From an uncultured delta proteobacterium (GTDB taxonomy: Bacteria; Desulfobacterota; Desulfobacteria; Desulfobacterales; UBA2156), in the NCBI GenBank assembly GCA_963736855.1, contig CAVTQK010000006.1:64001-128000 (forward strand): a stretch of DNA of 64,000 nucleotides, written 5' to 3'. This document shows, piece by piece, positions 34,415-42,073 of the stretch; the stretch's first letter is position 1; the number at the start of each line of letters is the position of its first letter. The notes below the pieces were generated by a model that saw only the letters and a list, made by a program, of their open reading frames with translations, ran no database searches and was not told where the DNA came from. Both the position numbers and the translations under genes were made by a program.

Positions 34415-34559
34415 AATTGGGGACACCCGGTGCATTCCATTGCGTTTGAGGTTAACATGGCGGTGATCATTTCGTCCTTTTGACCATTCCTGTTTTCGTT
34501 GTAACATGGGGCGGGTTTCTTCCCATTTTTGCCCTCTCTCCCTTGTTTCTTTGCCACTT

Positions 34560-36224
34560 TTAAACTTCAATAATAAAAGGGAGAATCACCGGACGGCGCT
34601 GGATTGCAAAATAGAAGTATTGCCTGAGCGCCGACTGAATTTTCGTGCGGATCTTTTCGATCCGATTTGGGATTTCAGGGGGAATTTCCTCGACGATTTC
34701 TAATATCACACACTTGGCGTCCTCCAGAAGATAGCCGGATTCGGTTTCAAAAATAAAGCCCCGCGACACCACATCCGGACCATAGGCTATAATACCGGTC
34801 TCCTCGTCAAAGGCCATATTCACCACGACCAGGCCGTCTTCCGACAAGAGACGCCGCTCCTTGAGAACACTTCTTCCCACATCTCCGATCCCCTTTCCAT
34901 CCACCAGAACCCGCCCTGTAAAAACCCGATCACGGATTCTCCCTCCCTTCGAATCGAATTCGATGATTTGACCGTTCTCCGCCAAAAGCACCCGTTCTTT
35001 GGGTATGCCGACTTTTTCAGCCAATCGTGCATGCAGCGCCAAATGACGGTATTCTCCGTGAACCGGAATGAAATATTTCGGCCGGGTCAGGGCGATCATC
35101 AATTTCAATTCTTCCCGAAAGGCGTGACCGCTGGCATGGATATTGGATATTTTCTCATAAATAACGTCTGCCTCCAGGCGGCAGAGCTTGTTGATGATAT
35201 TGCCGATGGCTCTTTCATTTCCCGGAATAAACTTGGATGAAAGAATAACCATGTCCCCTCTTTTGATAGCAACCCACTTATGGGTCTTGGTGGCCATGCG
35301 TGCCAGAGAAGACATGGGTTCCCCCTGGCTCCCCGTGGTGATCAAAAGGAGCTCTTCATCCGGGAACTCCCCAATCCGACTGATGTCGATCTGCATCTGT
35401 TCGGGAATATCGATTAAACCCAGCTCCTTGGCGATATTGACGGTGGTTTCGATGCTTTTTCCGTCTAGTACCACCTTTCGACCCTGGGCTTTGGCGATCT
35501 CCACAATCTTCCCGATACGGGTAATGTTGGAAGCAAAAAGAGAGATGATCACGCGCCCCTTGTGACTGTGTGTAACCTGTGACAGGGTTTCGGCGATTTC
35601 TTCGGCGGATACGGTATGCCCTTCCCTTTCCACATTGGTGGAATCGGATAGCAGGGCTAAAACCCCTTCATCGCCGCATCGAGCAAAATGATTCACGTCT
35701 GTGGTCATTCCCCCCGAAGCCGCATGGTTGATATTGAAATCCCCGGTATGCACCACCAATCCGTAGGGAGTGTGGATCGCCACGCCGACGCCGCCGACCA
35801 CACTATGTCCCACCCGGATAAATTCAAGTTCCAGCTTTCCGATTTTCAGAAGCTCTCCGGGAGAGATATCATGCAGATCACAGGAAGACAGTATTCCGTA
35901 TTCTTCGAGTTTGCGTCTCACAACCCCCAAGGTGAAGGGCGTCCCGAAAACCGGAGCATGAATATCTTTGAGCAGGTAGGGGAGTGCGCCGATGTGATCC
36001 TCGTGGGCATGGGTCAAGACAATGCCGGAAAGACGGGGCCCCGCCTTTTTCAGATAGGTCATGTCGGGGATCACTAAATCGACCCCGAGCATATATTCCT
36101 CCGGAAACATGAGACCGGCGTCGATGACGAAAAGCGTATCTTGATACTGGATCGCCATCATATTCAGGCCTATTTCTCCCAGGCCGCCCAGAGGTATCAG
36201 TTTGAGCACCTCACGTCCCTCCAT
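34560..36224 (-). CDS. rnj: Ribonuclease J
   Basis: PLGGLGEIGLN, THAHEDHIG, TGSQGEP, HASGHA, PVHGEYR. Confidence 0.96.
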   Translation of the reverse strand: MEGREVLKLIPLGGLGEIGLNMMAIQYQDTLFVIDAGLMFPEEYMLGVDLVIPDMTYLKKAGPRLSGIVLTHAHEDHIGALPYLLKDIHAPVFGTPFTLGVVRRKLEEYGILSSCDLHDISPGELLKIGKLELEFIRVGHSVVGGVGVAIHTPYGLVVHTGDFNINHAASGGMTTDVNHFARCGDEGVLALLSDSTNVEREGHTVSAEEIAETLSQVTHSHKGRVIISLFASNITRIGKIVEIAKAQGRKVVLDGKSIETTVNIAKELGLIDIPEQMQIDISRIGEFPDEELLLITTGSQGEPMSSLARMATKTHKWVAIKRGDMVILSSKFIPGNERAIGNIINKLCRLEADVIYEKISNIHASGHAFREELKLMIALTRPKYFIPVHGEYRHLALHARLAEKVGIPKERVLLAENGQIIEFDSKGGRIRDRVFTGRVLVDGKGIGDVGRSVLKERRLLSEDGLVVVNMAFDEETGIIAYGPDVVSRGFIFETESGYLLEDAKCVILEIVEEIPPEIPNRIEKIRTKIQSALRQYFYFAIQRRPVILPFIIEV

Positions 36225-36946
36225 GAGTCCGACTCAAAGGAATTTTTCATAATGTCCCGTATCTTTTCCAGCAGGGCATCCTTATTTTTCCTGCTGAAAT
36301 TTCGGGTCTCAACAGGGGACAGCACTTGAAGAACCACGCTTCCGGGCCGGATCGTCAACCCCTCTTTGGACATAATGGACCAAGTACCGAACAAAATAAC
36401 AGGAACGATGGGAACTCCGGCTTCCGTTGCCAGGACGAAGCCGCCCTTCTTGAACGGACTTATTCGGCCGTCACGACTCCTTGTCCCTTCGGGAAATATG
36501 AGCACCGACGCACCATCCCGGATGGTTTGAGCTGCCTGCTTCAGGCTTAAAAAAGCACTCTTACGATCAGATCGATCGATGCTGATGTAACCTGCCTTTC
36601 GCATGGCCCGGCCGAAAACAGGGATCTTGAAAAGCTCGGCCTTTGCCAGCCACCGGAACTGAACCTTGAGATGGGCCAGCAGAACCGGGATGTCGAAATT
36701 GCTCTGATGATTGGCCATGAAGATATAGCTTTTGTTTGGGTCGATATTAGAAAAACCCTCCACCTGAACTCGAATCCGGCTGATGAGAAGGATGCACCTG
36801 CCCCAAATTCTGGCGATCTTATGACTGCTTTTATCCGGACTTCCGAAAAAGGAGACGATCACTGCCATGGTACCAAAAAAAGCGGTCAAGAAGACGACAA
36901 CCGCTATGATGCAAAATGTCCGAACCATATCTGCTGCGCGTTTCAC
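36197..36946 (-). CDS. plsC: 1-acyl-sn-glycerol-3-phosphate acyltransferase
   Basis: NHQSNFD and FPEGTRS motifs; start 36946 or 36928. Confidence 0.93.
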   Translation of the reverse strand: MKRAADMVRTFCIIAVVVFLTAFFGTMAVIVSFFGSPDKSSHKIARIWGRCILLISRIRVQVEGFSNIDPNKSYIFMANHQSNFDIPVLLAHLKVQFRWLAKAELFKIPVFGRAMRKAGYISIDRSDRKSAFLSLKQAAQTIRDGASVLIFPEGTRSRDGRISPFKKGGFVLATEAGVPIVPVILFGTWSIMSKEGLTIRPGSVVLQVLSPVETRNFSRKNKDALLEKIRDIMKNSFESDSWRDVRCSN

Positions 36947-37073
36947 GATGCTTTCCCTTTGTGTTGACCCTGCTGTTGCAAAAGCCGAGGATGCCCCGGA
37001 TCCAAGGCGTCCAAGGGCGAAGCCGTAGTATTTTACTGGGAGCCCTTGGTAACGAAGGAGACGGGGCGTTCTC

Positions 37074-37226
37074 GGCTTTCCCTCCGGGTAAAAAACATGA
37101 CAAATTTTTTATTCGTTTTAGAAGTCACTAAAAGTTTATTCGCGAACCATGCCTAAACGTATTCAAATGCCCTGTTATCATTCTTTTTTTCTATTCCTTG
37201 TCATGTTTTTATGCAACTGCAGGGTT
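37074..37226. repeat. Dispersed repeat of about 150 bp, copy 1 (empty allele), with internal inverted repeat
   Basis: Closely matches the reverse complement of 47092-47188 plus 47379-47441; internal IR AAAAACATGACAA / TTGTCATGTTTTT. Confidence 0.9.
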
Positions 37227-37238
37227 GATTTCCGGAGT

Positions 37239-37571
37239 TTAGGTCTGGATTCCCAACTCATCAAAAATCGCATCGATGAACCGAATGAGCCAGTTGCGCT
37301 GGGTTTCGGTAGCATACCCCATACAGGCGCAGTGTACCCGTTGATGGGTACGGATCAGCAATTCGCAGGCCAACCGGTCTTTGTGCATCTCAAAAGCGAA
37401 GTAAAACGGCTGGCATGCTTGATGTTCGCACTGAAGATCAGTGAGGATCCCCGGTTCAAGGGAAATCCAGTATATGTTTTCCAAACCGCCGAGGGTGTAA
37501 TGTTCATCAAGATACGCTTTGATTTTTTCGTGGTCCTGCTCGCGGAGTTCATCGATGACATATTGCTTCAT
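37239..37571 (-). CDS. Hypothetical protein (110 aa)
   Basis: Protein-like ORF MKQYVIDELR...HCACMGYAT occupying an otherwise empty region. Confidence 0.75.
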   Translation of the reverse strand: MKQYVIDELREQDHEKIKAYLDEHYTLGGLENIYWISLEPGILTDLQCEHQACQPFYFAFEMHKDRLACELLIRTHQRVHCACMGYATETQRNWLIRFIDAIFDELGIQT

Positions 37572-37648
37572 GATTTATTAAGATTACCACACACACCCTT
37601 TCGTTGCAATAAGCATGGGAAAAACCTTTTTTCCTAAAAAAGTCTTTC

Positions 37649-37678
37649 TTGACAAAAAGAACCTTTAAAGTTTATGTT
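37649..37678 (+). promoter_or_regulatory. Sigma70-like promoter of the thi operon
   Basis: TTGACA-18 nt-TATGTT just upstream of the TPP aptamer. Confidence 0.6.
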
Positions 37679-37691
37679 AAAAAAAATGAGA

Positions 37692-37780
37692 TCCACCACA
37701 GGGGCGGCGAAGCAAGCCTGAGAAGGTACCCTTTGAACCTGATCCGGGTAATGCCGGCGTAGGGATGAGATGCGGTGGAG
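37692..37780 (+). ncRNA. TPP riboswitch
   Basis: GGGG...CTGAGA...ACCCTTTGAACCTGATCCGGGTAATGCCGGCGTAGGGA consensus, upstream of thiM. Confidence 0.96.
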
Positions 37781-37796
37781 ATTTTCAGAGGGGACC

Positions 37797-37832
37797 AAGG
37801 GTTGTTTTTGCCAAAAAAACAACCCTTTTTTT
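37797..37832 (+). terminator. Intrinsic terminator (riboswitch expression platform)
   Basis: AAGGGTTGTTTTT-GCCAA-AAAAACAACCCTT followed by a T-run. Confidence 0.8.
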
Positions 37833-37850
37833 ATTCCAAAGGAGATGTCC

Positions 37851-38657
37851 ATGACACATTTTTCCAGCCAGGCTGCTTTAAATCTCCGGATGATTCGGGA
37901 CACGAGACCGCTGATCCACAACATCACCAACTATGTGGTCATGAACTATACAGCCAACGCCCTTTTGTGCGCCGGGGCCTCTCCCGTGATGGCTCATGCC
38001 GCGGGAGAGGTGGAAGACATGGTCTCCCTGTCGAAAGCCCTGGTCCTCAACATCGGGACCCTCACCGATGATTGGGTCGCCTCGATGATCCAGGCTGGAA
38101 AGCGTGCCAATGTGTTAAATATACCAGTGATCCTGGATCCTGTAGGATCGGGGGCCACTGCATTGCGAACCCGTTCGGCCAAGCGGATCCTCGAGCAGAC
38201 TTCCGTCAAGGTGCTGCGGGGAAACGCATCGGAAATTCTGTCACTGAGAAGTGCTGACTCGAAAACCAAGGGCGTCGATTCGATCCATTCCGTTGAAGAC
38301 GCCGCCGATATAGCCGGGACTCTTGCCCGGGAATTGAAAACCACCCTGGCCATCACGGGAGCCGTGGACATGGTCACTGACGGAAAACAGAAGGTTCGAG
38401 TCGAAAACGGACATCCCCTGATGGGAAAAGTCACGGGAACCGGATGCACGGCAACGGCAATCATCGGCGCTTTTCTGGCCGTAGACGGCGATCCGGTCAT
38501 CGCAGCCTCAACCGCCCTGGCCTTTTTCGGCCTGGCCGGAGAGTACGCCGCTAAAAAAGCTCAATCTCCGGGGAGTTTCATGATCGCACTTCTGGACGCC
38601 CTGTATGACATTTCACCCGATGAACTCGAAAAAGAGTGCCGGATCCGAGAAGCGTAA
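37851..38657 (+). CDS. thiM: Hydroxyethylthiazole kinase
   Basis: PLIHNITNYV, LNIGTL, LDPVG, RGNASEI, TGTGC; ATG 37851 after AAGGAG. Confidence 0.96.
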   Translation: MTHFSSQAALNLRMIRDTRPLIHNITNYVVMNYTANALLCAGASPVMAHAAGEVEDMVSLSKALVLNIGTLTDDWVASMIQAGKRANVLNIPVILDPVGSGATALRTRSAKRILEQTSVKVLRGNASEILSLRSADSKTKGVDSIHSVEDAADIAGTLARELKTTLAITGAVDMVTDGKQKVRVENGHPLMGKVTGTGCTATAIIGAFLAVDGDPVIAASTALAFFGLAGEYAAKKAQSPGSFMIALLDALYDISPDELEKECRIREA

Positions 38658-39307
38658 TGGAAGATTTTTCAAGACGGATCGATTATTCCCTATACCTCGT
38701 TACAGACCGGGGTCTTGCTGGAGGAAAAAGCACCCTCGAAATCGTCCGGGCCGCGGTGATGGGGGGTGTGACCTGCGTCCAGCTTAGGGAAAAAAAGGGC
38801 TCCACCCGGGAATTTGTCGCCGAGGCTCTTGCTGTTCGCGACCTTTTGAGAAGTCTACATATTCCCCTCATCATTAATGACCGCCTGGACGTGGCCTTGG
38901 CGGTTCAAGCCGACGGTCTGCATCTGGGACAAACGGACATACCCCTTGAATTTGCCCGGCGCATCGTCGGAAGATCCATGATCATCGGCATCTCGGCTGA
39001 ATCCGTAAATGATGCCGTCGAGGCGGAAAAGGGCGGGGCGGATTATATCAGCGTCAGCCCCGTCTTCTCGACCCCGACAAAGACCGACACCGCACCTCCC
39101 CTCGGACTGGAAGGACTTAAAAAAATCCGGGGACGGGTTGCACCCCCCTTGGTGGCCATCGGCGGGCTGAACCGGGAAAATATCGAAGCGGTCATCCGGA
39201 ATGGGGCAGACGGGGTAGCCGTGGTATCATCCATTGTCTGCGCACAAGATCCCATGCAGGAGGCACAAGAATTGAAACGTCTCATTCAAAAGGCCAGATC
39301 CACTTGA
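38657..39307 (+). CDS. thiE: Thiamine-phosphate synthase
   Basis: LYLVTD, VQLREK, INDRLD, GLHLGQTD, TPTK, AIGG. Confidence 0.96.
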   Translation: MEDFSRRIDYSLYLVTDRGLAGGKSTLEIVRAAVMGGVTCVQLREKKGSTREFVAEALAVRDLLRSLHIPLIINDRLDVALAVQADGLHLGQTDIPLEFARRIVGRSMIIGISAESVNDAVEAEKGGADYISVSPVFSTPTKTDTAPPLGLEGLKKIRGRVAPPLVAIGGLNRENIEAVIRNGADGVAVVSSIVCAQDPMQEAQELKRLIQKARST

Positions 39308-40308
39308 AACTTAAAGAGATCGGTGAGTTCGGATGGATCGACCGGATTCGCGGAGGATGCCTGATCCGCGAGGACACAATCCTGAAAGGAATCGGGGACG
39401 ATGCAGCCGTTTTCTTCACCCGGCCTGACATGGCCACACTGGTCACGACCGACTTGCTGGTGGAACGCGTCCATTTCCTGAAAAACGCCACTTCGGCATT
39501 CAACTTGGGATATAAGGCCATGGCCATGAATTTAAGCGATATCGCAGCTATGGGAGGAGAGCCGAGAGAGGCTTTTGTCAGCATCGGGATCCCCCAAGAT
39601 TGCTCCATTGAGTTCTTGGACGAACTCTACGAAGGGATGAAGCATCTTGCCGCCGAACACCGGGTGAACATACTCGGCGGGGATACCACAGGCTCTAAAA
39701 CCGATCTCATCATCAATATCACGGTGGTCGGAACGATACCCCCTTCCGAGGTTCTTTATCGTCATGCCGCACAACCCGGAGACGCGATCCTGTCCACTGG
39801 ATTTTTAGGGAACAGCCGGGCAGGACTTCACATTATCCTGGAAGGGATCCCGATAGATGCCCCCTTTCTCCAAGAGCTCGTGGATGCCCACCTGAAGCCC
39901 CGGCCCTACGTGCTCGAAGCAAGATTCCTGGCAAGTCTGGGAGGGGTCCATGCAGCAATTGATGTCAGCGACGGCCTGAGCTCGGATCTGGGCCATATCC
40001 TCAAGTCAAGCAGCGTAGGCGCGCAATTGGTAGCCCAAAAGATCCCCATCTCCGAAAACCTGAAACGATTCTGCGCGAGATTCAGCCGGGATCCATTGGA
40101 ATACGCTCTCTCCGGCGGTGAAGACTACACCCTTTTGATCACGGTGTCTCCCGACAGGGAAAAAACGGTCCGCGAGGCTTATAAGAAAACCTTTGAAACC
40201 CCCTTATTCCCGATCGGCTGGATCAACGATTCCCGAAAGCTGGAGATGGTGAGCACCTCGGGGGCCTTGAATAAGGTAACGGCGTCCGGATGGGATCACT
40301 TCAAGTGA
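39304..40308 (+). CDS. thiL: Thiamine-monophosphate kinase
   Basis: GEFGWI, GIGDDAA, NLSDIAAMGG, IDVSDGL, GGEDY, GWDHF. Confidence 0.96.
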   Translation: MKLKEIGEFGWIDRIRGGCLIREDTILKGIGDDAAVFFTRPDMATLVTTDLLVERVHFLKNATSAFNLGYKAMAMNLSDIAAMGGEPREAFVSIGIPQDCSIEFLDELYEGMKHLAAEHRVNILGGDTTGSKTDLIINITVVGTIPPSEVLYRHAAQPGDAILSTGFLGNSRAGLHIILEGIPIDAPFLQELVDAHLKPRPYVLEARFLASLGGVHAAIDVSDGLSSDLGHILKSSSVGAQLVAQKIPISENLKRFCARFSRDPLEYALSGGEDYTLLITVSPDREKTVREAYKKTFETPLFPIGWINDSRKLEMVSTSGALNKVTASGWDHFK

Positions 40309-40440
40309 GGTTTTGGGTGTTGTGCTTTTCCAGGTCAATGAGGGCCTGTTTAAGGGGCATCCCCCCGCCAAATTGACCCGGCGTGCCATCGCTTCGGATC
40401 ACCAGGTGGCAGGGTATCAACAACGGCAGAGGGTTTTTTT
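40301..40440 (-). pseudogene. ogt: 3' remnant of methylated-DNA-protein-cysteine methyltransferase
   Basis: Reads KNPLPLLIPCHLVIRSDGTPGQFGGGMPLKQALIDLEKHNTQNLT*; upstream sequence is unrelated and has no in-frame start before a stop near 40545. Confidence 0.75.
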
Positions 40441-40624
40441 TCGGTACAACACCGCTGAATAGCCAAACAAGGTTTGAAAAATCAATGAATACCCTGACTT
40501 TCGAGTCATACCGGCTTGCGGCATGGACTGGGATGTCATCCCATTATTTCATAAATATCGGGGTGGCAAATAATTTAGGTTTCGGAAAAGATCTTTTTCG
40601 ATAAATGGAAGGGGGCTTAAGAAC

Positions 40625-40663
40625 TTAATCCCCCCGGCCCTGAAAGAGGGCCGGGGGGATTAA
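40625..40663. terminator. Strong GC-rich hairpin, likely terminator between the convergent thi operon and ferredoxin
   Basis: TTAATCCCCCCGGCCCT-GAAAG-AGGGCCGGGGGGATTAA, 17-bp perfect stem. Confidence 0.75.
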
Positions 40664-40675
40664 AAACCATATCGC

Positions 40676-40864
40676 TTAGGTCTCCTCTACGGTGATGGCG
40701 CCAGGCTCACAGACTTCCACGCAGCTCTCACAACCCAGGCATTCGTCAGCATTGACCGGGACGGACTTGTCATCTACCAGTTCAAAGACTTCGACCGGGC
40801 AGACTTCCACGCATTCTCCGCAACCTTCGCACTTGTCATTGTCAACTGCCACGCTATATCCCAT
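40676..40864 (-). CDS. 2[4Fe-4S] ferredoxin
   Basis: CEGCGECVEVCP and CLGCESCVEVCE; AGGAGG RBS. Confidence 0.96.
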   Translation of the reverse strand: MGYSVAVDNDKCEGCGECVEVCPVEVFELVDDKSVPVNADECLGCESCVEVCEPGAITVEET

Positions 40865-41013
40865 TTCGAAAAGCCTCCTTTCATAGTTTCTTAAGATCTC
40901 ATTGACCGATCTTTGGTTTTCAGATTAAGGCAAGCCACTTATACCAATCCATATCCCGAGTCAAGCTTTATTCGAACTTTTTTTTGGCGACTTTTTAAAA
41001 AACATGCCGGAAT

Positions 41014-42015
41014 TTATGCCGATAAATGGACCACAAGTGTCCTTCTTGCAAGCATTCCCTGAAATTTGGGGAGCGGCGAAAAATCGGCAGCACGCCCAAA
41101 AAAGGTCGAGGGACTTTCATCGACGGCATGCACGGTCACGAGCAACGCTCTATGTCCGCCGAAGGGGATCGATGCTTCCACAAGGGGGTCGGAGATACGG
41201 AAATCCGGATCCTCCAATGCTTTTGCCAACCCTTCTTGAAAGGCCTCTTTCCAAGGGTCAGTCCCTTCGGCTCTACCATTCGCGGTCGGAATGGCATGAA
41301 ATTGCACCGACCGGTATGAAAGTGGTGCAAGTTCCAGCAGATGTTCCATCGCCGGCCTGCTGTGAGTCACCCAAACGAGGGTTTTATCGCTGTCTTCCGG
41401 AACGACGCCGTGAAGGAGCAATCGGGCCCATGCGGCCAGCCGCTCCGGAACCATGTAGTCTTCCGGTGTATCCGATCCGAAAGCGTCGATCTTTGTATGG
41501 GTAGACGCCTCTCCCGTGAGGCTTTGAAATAGTTTCTTTTCCGTCCGAGCTAAGGATCTCAGGTCTTTTTGAACCTCGAAGCTTTCGATATCGTATTGCT
41601 GAGCCATATGAAGGAAAAGGGCTGCCCTGAATACGAGATCCTCAGGCTTTTGACTCAAACCGGCCTTACCGTTTTTTTTCATGGAAGAAACGATTTGGGA
41701 TGCAATTTTTTCATCGTCTGGTTCGGTGGATCCCTCCAGCCAGGCAACAAACCGGGTTTTAAGATCCCCTTTGGATCCATGCATTCGGGCAAAGGCCTGA
41801 AATTCGTTAAAGGCCTCGGTCAGCCGAGCCCGCTGATCCACCATCACTGGACAAACGGTTAAGAAGCCGCCTTCGATAGCCGCCGACATAGATTCCGGAA
41901 CCTTAAGCAGGAACGGCTGAATCGTTTCAACCGAAGCAAAGCACGCCGCAAGGTCCTCTAGAACGGTTTCCTGAACAACCGTGTTGGGGAAATATATCGC
42001 TTTTATGGCTTTCAT
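41014..42015 (-). CDS. Hypothetical protein (about 333 aa)
   Basis: Long ORF; ATG 42015 preceded by AGGAG; family not recognised. Confidence 0.75.
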   Translation of the reverse strand: MKAIKAIYFPNTVVQETVLEDLAACFASVETIQPFLLKVPESMSAAIEGGFLTVCPVMVDQRARLTEAFNEFQAFARMHGSKGDLKTRFVAWLEGSTEPDDEKIASQIVSSMKKNGKAGLSQKPEDLVFRAALFLHMAQQYDIESFEVQKDLRSLARTEKKLFQSLTGEASTHTKIDAFGSDTPEDYMVPERLAAWARLLLHGVVPEDSDKTLVWVTHSRPAMEHLLELAPLSYRSVQFHAIPTANGRAEGTDPWKEAFQEGLAKALEDPDFRISDPLVEASIPFGGHRALLVTVHAVDESPSTFFGRAADFSPLPKFQGMLARRTLVVHLSA

Positions 42016-42073
42016 TTCTCCTGTCATCTGAACATCCCGTTCCGCCTTTGCTGTAGACTTAACTGAGCCCTTA

